Assembly: GCF_000008465.1 (NCBI RefSeq)
Contig: NC_006512.1
Span: 2,700,001 to 2,732,000 of the forward strand
DNA: 32,000 nucleotides
Reading direction: 5' to 3'
From: Idiomarina loihiensis L2TR
GTDB lineage: Bacteria; Pseudomonadota; Gammaproteobacteria; Enterobacterales; Alteromonadaceae
Every line of letters begins with the position of its first letter. Positions within the stretch are counted from its first letter, which is position 1. Below the pieces are notes generated by a model. That model saw nothing but the letters and a program-made list of their open reading frames with translations, did no database searches and was not told where the DNA came from. A program made the position numbers and the translations under genes. Positions 15,401 through 23,611 of this stretch are shown here, piece by piece.

Positions 15401-15882
15401 TCCTGACCGCGCACCCAGTTATCCAGCCAGTCGGCACGGTACACCGCGTACTGATCAAACAAATCGGCCAGCCGCCCGCTTAGCTGATACAGCTTGCGAC
15501 CATCGCTGTCGTCGGAGGTGTAGTGCTTAAGCGGTGCAAAGTGCGGGTTATGTTCAATAAGTTCAGGCAACAAGCGCATTAACCGCCAGGTTAAGCGGTC
15601 TTTATCAAAGGGAGAGGTTTTGGGAATGTCGTCACCGAGCACGGCTCTGTATGCTTTCCACTGAAACCGTGCCGGCAGGGTGACATCTATCATGGCGGCA
15701 ATGCCACTGGCCTGGGCTAAATTAATTTTCAGCCACTGAGCAATGCCGTTACTTTGCACCAGTACGGTTTCCTGCTCCAGCGGCGCCAGCGGGTAGTTTT
15801 GGGTGAATGTAACCGCCACATCGGTTAGGTCTTCCAGCCGATGTCCATGCGCGACAATAAAGCCGGGGGTCAATTCACTCAC
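12415..15882 (-). CDS. recC: exodeoxyribonuclease V gamma subunit RecC
   Basis: 1155 aa. VLVQSNGIAQWLK...LPARFQW...SPFDKDRLTWRLMRLLPEL...DDSDGRKLYQLSGRLADLFDQYAVYRADWL is colinear with recalled E. coli RecC (ILVQSTGMAQWLQ...DDSDKRKLFQLSSKAADLFDQYLVYRPDWL). Confidence 0.97.
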   Translation of the reverse strand: MSELTPGFIVAHGHRLEDLTDVAVTFTQNYPLAPLEQETVLVQSNGIAQWLKINLAQASGIAAMIDVTLPARFQWKAYRAVLGDDIPKTSPFDKDRLTWRLMRLLPELIEHNPHFAPLKHYTSDDSDGRKLYQLSGRLADLFDQYAVYRADWLDNWVRGQDMLEQEQPVEDEQLWQPELWRAVSNDIGIDDYWNNRAELHQRFIDTAQALTERPAGLPPRVVVFGISSLPQQMLQVLDAIKGYTQILLCVHNPSQYHWADIVDGKEALRQAVKASSRLKHKPELPDDPNDDELHQLAHPLLASWGKQGRDYIRLLDLYDETLAKQEAFNTIKLELFEPHNTDHLLAQLQDDILNLRPVQETRELWPTPNTADKSLQFHVCHSPQRELEVLHDQLLDAFAKDPELKPRDVMVMLPDVNTYAPYIDAVFGRYHNRFGERDPRAIPYTIADQGERHQRPLMIALELLLQVDQLRFTQTDLFNLLSVPAVQQRFDMSDDDLPQLKRWVKEAGARWGLNAEQRAQFYMPAAEETNSWWFGLKRMIAGYAMGDLADVNLENDSPWANVEPYTEVAGLSAALVGCLADVVRTLEQWWQRAQGEHSLPEWVTQGEWLLEQFFEAEEDSDRLLLAKLSDELYQLRDICVEADNESQLRLPIFKDAWLERVDQQNLNQRFLAGAVNFATLMPMRAIPFKYVCVLGMNESDYPRSTPRVDFDLMTDRYRPGDRSRRDDDRYLFLEAMLSARDCFYLSWVGYSAKDNSERTPSVLVAQLRDHLQQGWEVDINSLTVVHKLQPFNPYYFNQEDSDYFTYASEWAQAHQGAVASTSRTASETAADDELERTLSINDIKRFIEEPARLYFNWRLDTYFSRNSEDLDDSEAFVMDNLQSWSLTTRLVDAGKKALLNGAGIEASLLKELNRIKREGALGIGAIAEQNGLQLLEQSQEILETYQQSIAGYSGVNEFPETVFFEHSGLTIDDTVTGLHSNENGERLWVVTSASNIAAKNGKGINSGGWKHASAYYLGLLLLNLQKPTRLLIVSKGGCQLQVAPVPAELAVQQLEQILELVALSAQQPQPMHLDVGMTWLSAMDKNSQDEALAHEAARQKYEEDGFQDPALVTKSDYCGRVAESYEAIQASPHFRRFMDELYDPMRLTLVPEDKS

Positions 15883-15972
15883 TCGCTGCTCTCCGTGTAG
15901 GGTTACTGTAAGACATCCATCCTAATCAATAGCGAATTATCTTACTAGTTATAGAGCAACTTATCGACGCGC

Positions 15973-16869
15973 TTATTTGGTCAGTAACTTGTCCTTGGCC
16001 TGCCGGTTGGCCTTGCGCATTTCGGAAAAGGCCGAGTCCTTTCTATAACGGCCTTTTTCTACATGGCGGATAATGGATACATCTTCAATATCCAGCGGCT
16101 TTCCGTGCGTGCCCAGTAACCAGCGAAACGCGCGGTCTTCATAGGCTTTAGCCCAATGGTCTTTCGGTTCCTGGTAGCAACTTGTCTGTTCACAATAACC
16201 ATAACGGCGGGCGGTATCACCGTGAGTAATTTGTACGGGACCCGTTGCTTTGCTGAAGGTATGGTAGTTATAACCGGCTTTTTTCAGGCATTCATCAGCC
16301 GAAATTTCACTCCCGTTACACAGAACGTCGTGCTCTTTGCTCAACAAAGCCGTGCGAGCAACTTTTTCAGGGAACACCAGAATACAGGACTCATTACTGA
16401 GTGCCTCTTTCAAGCTGGGAAAGGTATTTTCCCCAAACATTAAGTCGCAGTCGGTAAACCATATCCAGTCGGCTTTGGTCTCTTTCGCGGCCTTATTGCG
16501 ACCAATAGCGCGCCGCATTAAATCGTTCTTTTCAAGCGCTACGAAATTCCACTCAATATTATCAATTTTCTTACTGGCATATTCTTCAATTAAAGCAACT
16601 GTCTCTTTGTCTTCAGGGCAGTAGAAGCCGGTTAGGGTCACTTTAAAGTCTTTGGGTGCGTGGTCAACCAACGACTTCAACTGGTACACGAATAAATGCG
16701 AGTAGTTCCAGCAATGACTGACTATTTCGATATGCTCTGGGGGACTGGTTATATCATCAATTTCTGTAGACTGGGGGACATCGTAAAACCAACTGGCAGG
16801 AAAAGGGCTGGAAACTGCAAATCGTAAAACGAATTCTTTACTCTGCTGTAGCCAATGCTGTGTCGCCAT
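15973..16869 (-). CDS. GT-A fold glycosyltransferase-like protein (family uncertain)
   Basis: IEIVSHCWNY...(Rossmann-like start) and WIWFTDCDLMF (a DxD-type motif) suggest a family-2-like glycosyltransferase. I placed the start at ATG 16869 (MATQHW...). The upstream 22 codons (MFCNLCRKYHILFKKRKRGNNL) look non-coding. Confidence 0.5.
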   Translation of the reverse strand: MATQHWLQQSKEFVLRFAVSSPFPASWFYDVPQSTEIDDITSPPEHIEIVSHCWNYSHLFVYQLKSLVDHAPKDFKVTLTGFYCPEDKETVALIEEYASKKIDNIEWNFVALEKNDLMRRAIGRNKAAKETKADWIWFTDCDLMFGENTFPSLKEALSNESCILVFPEKVARTALLSKEHDVLCNGSEISADECLKKAGYNYHTFSKATGPVQITHGDTARRYGYCEQTSCYQEPKDHWAKAYEDRAFRWLLGTHGKPLDIEDVSIIRHVEKGRYRKDSAFSEMRKANRQAKDKLLTK

Positions 16870-17051
16870 TAAGTTATTGCCCCGTTTTCGTTTTTTAAAA
16901 AGAATGTGATATTTTCGACACAGGTTACAGAACATTAGTTCACTTTGTAACCTTGATATTATTAATGTAGCTTTGAATTGTTAACTATTTATTACCGTTA
17001 GTTAACCTTAACGTCGCTTCATATCCGCTAAGAAGTCAACAGGGCCTGCTT

Positions 17052-17666
17052 ATGGAAATCTTTATCGCCGTATTTTTCTTTGCCTTTTCAACCACCATAA
17101 CACCGGGTCCTAATAACATTATGATCATGTCGTCTGGGGTAAACTACGGAGTTAAAGCCAGCCTGCCGCACTTCCTGGGCATCTGCTTTGGCTTTCCGGC
17201 TATGGTACTGGTGGTTGGTATGGGTTTCGGTTCCATATTGGAACAGTTTCCACTGCTGCACCAACTGATAAAGATTGCCGGCACGCTTTATTTGCTCTGG
17301 CTGGCCTGGGTTATTGGCTCACAAACACCGAAAACCATTGAAAAAGGCGACCGCAATCCCCTGACTTTCTGGCAGGCGGTGCTGTTTCAATGGGTTAACG
17401 GTAAAGCCTGGGTTATGGCGACCGGCGCGGTTGCAGCATTTACCACCGTAGCTGGCACACTTTGGTCCGAGGTAATAGAGATAACAGCCGCCTTTTTGGC
17501 TGTAGCTTTCCCTTGTGTGGGAATTTGGCTCATTGCAGGCGCCGGACTGCGTCAATTGCTAACTAACCACACCGCGCAAAGAATTTTTAATATTTCCATG
17601 GCCTTACTACTGGTCTTTTCTGTGCTTCCTGTCGTAGAGGATATATTACAATTTTATTTTGCTTAA
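17052..17666 (+). CDS. LysE/RhtB-family amino-acid exporter
   Basis: 204 aa with ~6 predicted TM helices and the N-terminal signature FSTTITPGPNNIM typical of LysE/RhtB translocators. Confidence 0.85.
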   Translation: MEIFIAVFFFAFSTTITPGPNNIMIMSSGVNYGVKASLPHFLGICFGFPAMVLVVGMGFGSILEQFPLLHQLIKIAGTLYLLWLAWVIGSQTPKTIEKGDRNPLTFWQAVLFQWVNGKAWVMATGAVAAFTTVAGTLWSEVIEITAAFLAVAFPCVGIWLIAGAGLRQLLTNHTAQRIFNISMALLLVFSVLPVVEDILQFYFA

Positions 17667-17752
17667 ACCTTTATTGAGTTAACATAAAAATAACAACCTA
17701 GACTAAACTCGTTAATGGTTACCTAAAGGTTAAAACAGCACAGGGGTGAGCT

Positions 17753-18862
17753 ATGGATCTAAAAACTGAGCAAATATCTTTTGATCAGCTTATCTCTGAA
17801 CTATCAACCCGCCTTATTAACAGCGAGCCGGCTGAAACATACGAATGCATAGAAGAGGTTATTGCTGCCATCGGCGATTACGCCGACGCTGATCGCTGTT
17901 ATGTTTTTGAGTTTAATGACAGCCTCGAACACATGACTAATACCCATGAATGGGTCCGAACTGACTATCAGGCACACATATCAGACCTACAAGCGGTTAA
18001 GACGGCAGACTTACCCTGGTTTTTTGAGCAGATAAAGACCTACCATAAATGTATTGTGGATAATATTGATTTTTTACCTCCGGAAGCAACAGCCGAGAAA
18101 GCGGAATTTGAACGTGAACAAATTAAGTCGGTTATCTGTGTTGGCCTGGTTGCAAACCAACACCTGCTAGGTTTTGTCGGTTGCGACATGGTGCGACAAG
18201 AACGGCAGTGGACACCGGAAGAAATTCGTCGTCTGCGCCTGGTTGCCGATATGGTAGCGAATACGCTGGAGCGCCAGCGGACCTATTCTGAGCTCATTCA
18301 TACACAGCGAGCATTGGAAAAAGCCAACCGCATGCTGCAGGCACAAGTAGCACAGGACGGTTTAACCGGCATAGCCAACCGCCGCGCTTTCGATGAGCGT
18401 ATTACTAACGAAATACAGCGAGCCTCGCGTCATAAAACACCGCTGGCTTTACTCATTATTGATATTGATCAGTTCAAACCCTACAACGACCATTACGGGC
18501 ATTTGCAGGGCGACCAGGCTCTTAAGTCTGTTGCTGACGCAATGTTTGATCAGTTACAGCGCAATACCGACTTTATCGCACGTTATGGTGGTGAGGAATT
18601 CGTTGCGGTTATTTCCGCTACCAATGAAGAAAAAACGAAAGAAAGCATGAATCAACTATTAGAAGCCGTGCGGAATTTGAAGATAAAACATGAGCCCTCG
18701 GAAGTTGAGCCTTACCTGACTATCAGCATTGGGGGCTATATTCATAAGCCCAGGGCAGATGAAGACACTGAAGACTTAATTGCCCGCATGATATCTAAAG
18801 CAGACTCAGCGCTGTATCGCGCTAAGTCTGATGGTAGAAACCGGGGTTACTTAGACACTTAG
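17753..18862 (+). CDS. GAF-domain diguanylate cyclase (GGDEF)
   Basis: N-terminal GAF-like region, then LTGIANRRAF, IDIDQFKPYNDHYGHLQGD, the active-site RYGGEEF, and an RxxD I-site (RNTD) five residues upstream of it. Confidence 0.9.
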   Translation: MDLKTEQISFDQLISELSTRLINSEPAETYECIEEVIAAIGDYADADRCYVFEFNDSLEHMTNTHEWVRTDYQAHISDLQAVKTADLPWFFEQIKTYHKCIVDNIDFLPPEATAEKAEFEREQIKSVICVGLVANQHLLGFVGCDMVRQERQWTPEEIRRLRLVADMVANTLERQRTYSELIHTQRALEKANRMLQAQVAQDGLTGIANRRAFDERITNEIQRASRHKTPLALLIIDIDQFKPYNDHYGHLQGDQALKSVADAMFDQLQRNTDFIARYGGEEFVAVISATNEEKTKESMNQLLEAVRNLKIKHEPSEVEPYLTISIGGYIHKPRADEDTEDLIARMISKADSALYRAKSDGRNRGYLDT

Positions 18863-19725
18863 TTCCAGCTGGACAACTGCTTTTGAAGCTCTTTATCATC
18901 AACCTTTTTCAGGCTGGCGATAAGCTGCTGAGATTCCTCGTCATTCCCTTTCAGGGCGAGCAGTTGAGCTAACCGAAAGTTTGCCCAATGAGCTTTTGGC
19001 GCGCTGTCCGGTAACTCAGCGTCCAAATACTGTTGCAGTGCCACAATGCCTTTATCCAGGTGTTCTTCCGCCAAAACAGAGGTTTTACCAAATTGGTATA
19101 AAGCCATTACCGGAGCTTCGCCTTTCCTCGATTCACCCTCAGCCGCTTGTTCAAAAAAAGAGAACGCTTTTTCATAGTTCCCGTCTTTTTGTTCCTGAAA
19201 ACCAAGATAAACCAGAACGTCGGCGTTATTCGGATGCTCAGCTAAAATTTCATTCACTAGCGTCCGCGCCTGCTCTTCTTTTTCATGATGTTCCAGATAT
19301 TTAACTCGGGCAAATGCTCCTTCAACCGCATCGATTTCTCTCAAGGCTTCAATTTGCGCCAATGCTTTTTCGTCATCACCACCAGCTATTGAAGGTGCCA
19401 TCATATAAAACTGCAGTAACGCAGTGCGATATTCCAGCGAACCAGGCTCAAGCTCTACGGCTTTTTCAAAAGAGTCGACAGACTTGCCAGCATAACTGAG
19501 CGCACTGAAAAAAGAGTCCTGTGCCTGCTGGGCCATAACAATGCCCCGTATATGCCAGGCTTCAGCATTTTCAGGTTCATTTTTGACCCAGTCTTCCACG
19601 GTATCTTCGGCGTCATCCAGCCGCTGTTCGGACAAATGATTTTGAATAATTTGCTTAGTTGACTCCCCGGCATAAGCGCCGGGGAGAAATAAAGCAGCAG
19701 TCAGCACCAATACTAGCCATTTCAC
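18859..19725 (-). CDS. periplasmic TPR-repeat protein
   Basis: GTG start preceded by AAGGAGAG at 7 nt. Signal peptide MKWLVLVLTAALFLPGAYA/G. Repeated 34-aa-like helical units (AEAWHIRGIV..., YEKAFSFFEQAA...). It lies 15 nt downstream of the DUF885 gene, so it is probably co-transcribed. Confidence 0.7.
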   Translation of the reverse strand: MKWLVLVLTAALFLPGAYAGESTKQIIQNHLSEQRLDDAEDTVEDWVKNEPENAEAWHIRGIVMAQQAQDSFFSALSYAGKSVDSFEKAVELEPGSLEYRTALLQFYMMAPSIAGGDDEKALAQIEALREIDAVEGAFARVKYLEHHEKEEQARTLVNEILAEHPNNADVLVYLGFQEQKDGNYEKAFSFFEQAAEGESRKGEAPVMALYQFGKTSVLAEEHLDKGIVALQQYLDAELPDSAPKAHWANFRLAQLLALKGNDEESQQLIASLKKVDDKELQKQLSSWN

Positions 19726-19740
19726 AATAACTCTCCTTAG

Positions 19741-21612
19741 TTAGGCTTTTTTCTGCTCTTTAACCCATTGATCAACACGGCGCTCCAGAATATGCAGCGG
19801 TAGTGCACCACCACCCAGAACGGTGTCATGGAAGCCGCGAATATCGAACTTGTCACCCAGAGCATCTCTGGCTTCTTCACGCAGTTCCAAAATGCGGATC
19901 ATGCCAATTTTATAAGCTGTTGCCTGACCCGGCATAACCAGATAGCGACGAACTTCTGAACGCACAGCACCTTCAGCAATCGGCGTATGTTCCTGAAAGT
20001 ACTTAACCGCTTCCTCTTCGGTCCAGCCCTTAGCGTGCATACCGGTATCCACAACCAGACGTACCGCACGCCACATTTCCGTGGTTAAGCGACCAAAATC
20101 AGAATAAGGGTCTTCATAGGCACCCATTTCCTTGGCTAATTGCTCTGCATATAAACCCCAGCCTTCGGTGTAAACCGTAAAGCCAGCCTGAGTACGGAAT
20201 TCCGGTACTGACTCCAGTTCCTGCGCAATGGAAATTTGCATGTGGTGACCCGGGTTACCTTCATGATAGGCAATGGCTTCCATCTCATTTTTCGGCATAG
20301 AGCTCATGTCCGACAAATGCGCATAGTAAATACCTGGACGCTCACCGTCAGGCGAACCGGGGTAATAGTGCTGGGCTGCACCGTCTTGTTCACGGAAGGC
20401 TTCAACGCGTTTCACAACTAAGTCGGCTTTTGGCAAAATTCCAAAATATTCCGGCAGCTTTTCATTAATGTAAGCCAGGTACTCACGCGAATCTTCCAGA
20501 TACATCTCTGCGCCTTCGTCGTTATTCGGATAGAAGAAGCGCTCATCAGTACGGATATAATCAAAGAAGTCCTGCAAATCACCGTCAAAGTCGACTTTCT
20601 CTCTAATGGCTATCATGTCATTGGTCAGACGCTCGACTTCATCAAGGCCTATTTGATGAATTTCCTCAGCCGTTAAATCTGTGGTGGTGTAGTTCTTCAG
20701 CAAAGCATTATAATAAGCTTCGCCGTTTTCCAAGCGATGCACACCGGTTGCGACTTCGTCGGTGTTTTTAATATCGCTTTCCAGGAAGCTAATAAGTGCT
20801 TCGTAACTTGGCTGGAAACGCTCTAGTAGCACTTTGCGCACTTCTTTCTCGTATTTGTCGGCTTGTTCGGAGGAGATAACATCATTTTCCTGAAGCGAGC
20901 TAAGCTTACTCTTAGCATCTTCAAGCAAGCTTGAGTCGCCTTCCTCGTCAAACGGCGCACCGGAGGTCAGCCCTTTGGCTTCTTTAATAATTTGCTCATA
21001 CGCAAAACGCGGCGCGCGAACTCCATTCTCTACTTGCTGTTCGGCGCGCTGCAATAATTGTTCAATAGCGGTTGCACCACCTTCCAGACGGGAAATATAA
21101 GCTTCCATGTCTTCGGCAGTATCAACCCGGTGGAAGTTGATTAAAAACTGCGGCAGGAAGGTGTGCGCGCCACGCATTTGGTCAAATACGTAGTCCATGC
21201 CGCGGAATTCGGCATTACGCTTAGCCTGTTCGTATTGGTAAACCCAAACGTCGTAAGACGTCTGAGCTTCCAGGTTTAGCTTGTCGTAGTCAAAGTTAGC
21301 TTTCAGCTCTTCAACGGTTCCTTCTAACCACTCTAACTGCTTTTTCTCTGCGGCTACGGTCATATCGTCAATGTCGCCGTAGCGATCTTTGCGACCCAGG
21401 AAGGTCATTTGAATAGGGCTTTGCTGAAGTTGTTCTTCGTACTTTTCCTCAAACCACTGATTCAGACGTTCGGTTTCAGATTGCGAGCTTTGCTCAGTCT
21501 GTTTAGGTTGCTCAGCTGCCGTTTGAGAATTTTGGCCAGAATTGTTTTCTTGCGGTTGCCCACAAGCCGTTAATAAGCCCAAAACAGCCAGGGCGACAAT
21601 GGAATAACGCAT
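19741..21612 (-). CDS. DUF885-family lipoprotein (metallopeptidase-like HExxxGHH motif)
   Basis: Lipobox LLTAC/G at residues 13-17. YHEGNPGHH and the surrounding WRAVRLVVDTGMH are typical of DUF885 proteins as I recall them. Confidence 0.8.
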   Translation of the reverse strand: MRYSIVALAVLGLLTACGQPQENNSGQNSQTAAEQPKQTEQSSQSETERLNQWFEEKYEEQLQQSPIQMTFLGRKDRYGDIDDMTVAAEKKQLEWLEGTVEELKANFDYDKLNLEAQTSYDVWVYQYEQAKRNAEFRGMDYVFDQMRGAHTFLPQFLINFHRVDTAEDMEAYISRLEGGATAIEQLLQRAEQQVENGVRAPRFAYEQIIKEAKGLTSGAPFDEEGDSSLLEDAKSKLSSLQENDVISSEQADKYEKEVRKVLLERFQPSYEALISFLESDIKNTDEVATGVHRLENGEAYYNALLKNYTTTDLTAEEIHQIGLDEVERLTNDMIAIREKVDFDGDLQDFFDYIRTDERFFYPNNDEGAEMYLEDSREYLAYINEKLPEYFGILPKADLVVKRVEAFREQDGAAQHYYPGSPDGERPGIYYAHLSDMSSMPKNEMEAIAYHEGNPGHHMQISIAQELESVPEFRTQAGFTVYTEGWGLYAEQLAKEMGAYEDPYSDFGRLTTEMWRAVRLVVDTGMHAKGWTEEEAVKYFQEHTPIAEGAVRSEVRRYLVMPGQATAYKIGMIRILELREEARDALGDKFDIRGFHDTVLGGGALPLHILERRVDQWVKEQKKA

Positions 21613-21706
21613 AGCAGTGTCCTTTATTCTTCTTTTGATACAGGAAGAAAAACTATAGCGTGCTTGTTACACTAATGGAAATGCTTAAATTATAACCGAA
21701 GAGTTT

Positions 21707-21958
21707 ATGGCGAAACCGAACAAGAAAGGGCCGGTACGCACCGTGCAGATTTCTTGTCTGCAGTGCAAAACGCCCATATTTAAATATCGCAAAGGTGGCA
21801 AAGGCGCTTTAGTAAAATGCTTTATTGAGCGGATTGTTGAAGACCACACGACCACACCATGCCATTGCCCCGGTTGTGGGCAGGAGTTTGCGCGCGAAAC
21901 CATGATACGCGGCACCCCTGCTTACAAAATTATTGGCGGTAAAGTCCATTCAAAATAG
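21707..21958 (+). CDS. small zinc-ribbon protein (CxxC...CxxC), function unknown
   Basis: 83 aa with CLQC at 17-20 and CPGC at 54-57. It ends 7 nt before the next gene's ATG. Confidence 0.55.
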   Translation: MAKPNKKGPVRTVQISCLQCKTPIFKYRKGGKGALVKCFIERIVEDHTTTPCHCPGCGQEFARETMIRGTPAYKIIGGKVHSK

Positions 21959-21965
21959 GTGCAGC

Positions 21966-23072
21966 ATGTCAGTCTCAATTAGTGAAAAAACCAAACAGGC
22001 TTACCAACACGCCGTTGAACAGGCCAGCGTCTCACTTTTGCGGCAACCGCAGAACTCAATGGCCGACGAGCTGAGGCTGCTTGCGGAGCAACTGCAACCG
22101 AATGAGAAAAGAGACGTTTATGGCGGCGGCTCGCTTATTAATGATTTTGAAGACGAAGTGGCAGAGTTATTAGGCAAACCGGCGGCTTTGTTTTTGCCAA
22201 CCGGTACTCTGGCACAGCCTTTGGCTTTGCGCGTGCATGCCGATGAGCGCCAGCGCAACGGCGTGGCATTGCACCCAACCTCGCATTTAATGCTGCACGA
22301 ACACATGGGGTTTGAAGCTTTATGGAAGCTCAACGGCACTACCACAGGTTTTGCCGATAACCCCATAACACTTAACGACCTTAAGTCGGTGCAAACGGAT
22401 GATTTAGCGAGCGTACTACTGGAACTGCCCATGCGCGAAATTGGCGGGCAACTGCCGAATTGGGATGACTTAGTCATGCAGTCAGAGTGGGCGCGACAAC
22501 ACAATATTGCTATGCATCTGGACGGTGCGCGCTTATGGCAAGTGCCAGCAGCGTATGGTTGCTCACTGCCTGAAGTCTGTGAGTTATTTGACTCGGTTTA
22601 TGTCAGTTTTTATAAAGACTTAGGCGGTATTTCAGGAGCGATACTTGCGGGCTCAGAGGGCTTTATTGAGCAAGCGAAAATCTGGGCTCGCCGCGCTGGG
22701 GGTAATATTATTACGCAATATCCGCAAGTACTGTCTGCCCGCCACGGCCTGAAGGAAAACCTGCCAATTATGCCGGAAGCCGTAAATTACGCCCGCGCAC
22801 TTGGAGAGGCACTTAGCGCACTGAATGGCGTACGAGTTAACCCAGAAACACCGCAAGTAGCCATGTTTCATCTTCATTTTGCTTTAAAAGCCAATGAACT
22901 GAGTGAAAAAATAACGGATTATGCCAGCAATACCGGGGTCGTATTATTACCACTGCCAAGAGCTGAAATGAACAACGAAGCTATTTGCGAAGTTTCAATT
23001 GGCAGAAACGCCATGTCGCAGCCACAGAGTTTTTGGCTACGACACTTTAAGGCGTTTTTGGATACACTCTAA
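21966..23072 (+). CDS. threonine aldolase / beta-eliminating lyase family PLP enzyme
   Basis: DVYGGG, LFLPTGTLAQ, HLDGARLW and DSVYVSFYKDLGG (putative PLP lysine) are colinear with recalled E. coli LtaE (DVYGDD, IFLPTGTQAN, HVDGARIF, DSFTICLSKGLG). I chose the start at ATG 21966 (AGGTG SD) to avoid overlapping the upstream gene. Confidence 0.72.
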   Translation: MSVSISEKTKQAYQHAVEQASVSLLRQPQNSMADELRLLAEQLQPNEKRDVYGGGSLINDFEDEVAELLGKPAALFLPTGTLAQPLALRVHADERQRNGVALHPTSHLMLHEHMGFEALWKLNGTTTGFADNPITLNDLKSVQTDDLASVLLELPMREIGGQLPNWDDLVMQSEWARQHNIAMHLDGARLWQVPAAYGCSLPEVCELFDSVYVSFYKDLGGISGAILAGSEGFIEQAKIWARRAGGNIITQYPQVLSARHGLKENLPIMPEAVNYARALGEALSALNGVRVNPETPQVAMFHLHFALKANELSEKITDYASNTGVVLLPLPRAEMNNEAICEVSIGRNAMSQPQSFWLRHFKAFLDTL

Positions 23073-23076
23073 GTTA

Positions 23077-23496
23077 TTAATGTTGCTTTTTGCGGTCGCC
23101 CTTGTGGTGTTTGCGATGCTCGCCCAACACATGGTTCAGTGTGTCCAAGTAGCTTTTACCAAAGCCTTTAACGCGCTGTTTATTCATTTGTTCAGAACCC
23201 AGATGAACTTCTTCCAGCGAATTCGCTGCAATATCCAGTTCTTTGCTTAAACGCGCCAGCGCCACTTCCAGTGTGTAGGTCAGTTCATGAACTTTAGCCA
23301 TGTCCTGTGCAGTTAAATCGCCATTCACGATTTCCTGCAGTTTCGCGTTATACTCGTTCAGGTTCATAATAGCCTGTTCCAGATTCTCGGCTGGCTCAGG
23401 TTTAAAATGTTGGTATTGCTGATCATCGTCGTCGGCCATTGCCGCTACGTTAAAAAGCAGTGCCGCGCCTGCAGCCATCATGGACAAAAGTTTCAT
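23077..23496 (-). CDS. secreted helical protein with a His/Lys-rich C-terminus, function unknown
   Basis: Signal peptide MKLLSMMAAGAALLFNVAAMA/DD, an acidic mature N-terminus (DDDDQQ) and the C-terminal HRKHHKGDRKKQH. It is preceded by a promoter and a Fur-like box. Confidence 0.6.
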   Translation of the reverse strand: MKLLSMMAAGAALLFNVAAMADDDDQQYQHFKPEPAENLEQAIMNLNEYNAKLQEIVNGDLTAQDMAKVHELTYTLEVALARLSKELDIAANSLEEVHLGSEQMNKQRVKGFGKSYLDTLNHVLGEHRKHHKGDRKKQH

Positions 23497-23512
23497 AAAA
23501 ACCTCATTTATT

Positions 23513-23531
23513 GTTAATAGTTATCATTATT
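23513..23531. promoter_or_regulatory. Fur-box-like operator overlapping the -10 of the leftward promoter
   Basis: The minus strand AATAATGATAACTATTAAC matches the 19-bp Fur consensus GATAATGATAATCATTATC at 15/19 positions (14/19 on the plus strand). It overlaps the AATAAT -10 of a TTGTAA-17-AATAAT promoter (23554..23526, minus strand). Confidence 0.5.
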
Positions 23532-23611
23532 GTTCATGTGTCCGTTTTTTACAAGATGAACGGCGGTGAACCTGATACCCTTTAGCTTGATGTATCTCAA
23601 GGAGTGAAGCA

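Noticed and set aside
6871-15483. Many plus-strand ORFs of 60-132 aa inside recD, recB and recC (e.g. 7081-7404, 7699-8049, 8509-8907, 11229-11582, 12591-12890, 13237-13521).
   Set aside because: They lie antisense to long genes that have strong full-length homology to RecBCD. Their translations are low-complexity (Ser/Ala/Arg/Cys-rich), and they lack SD sequences. These are typical shadow ORFs in moderately GC-rich coding DNA.
16870-16935. An N-terminal extension (MFCNLCRKYHILFKKRKRGNNL) of the glycosyltransferase-like ORF.
   Set aside because: It is AT-rich with a basic junk-like composition. An in-frame ATG at 16869 begins the plausible protein (MATQHWLQQ...).
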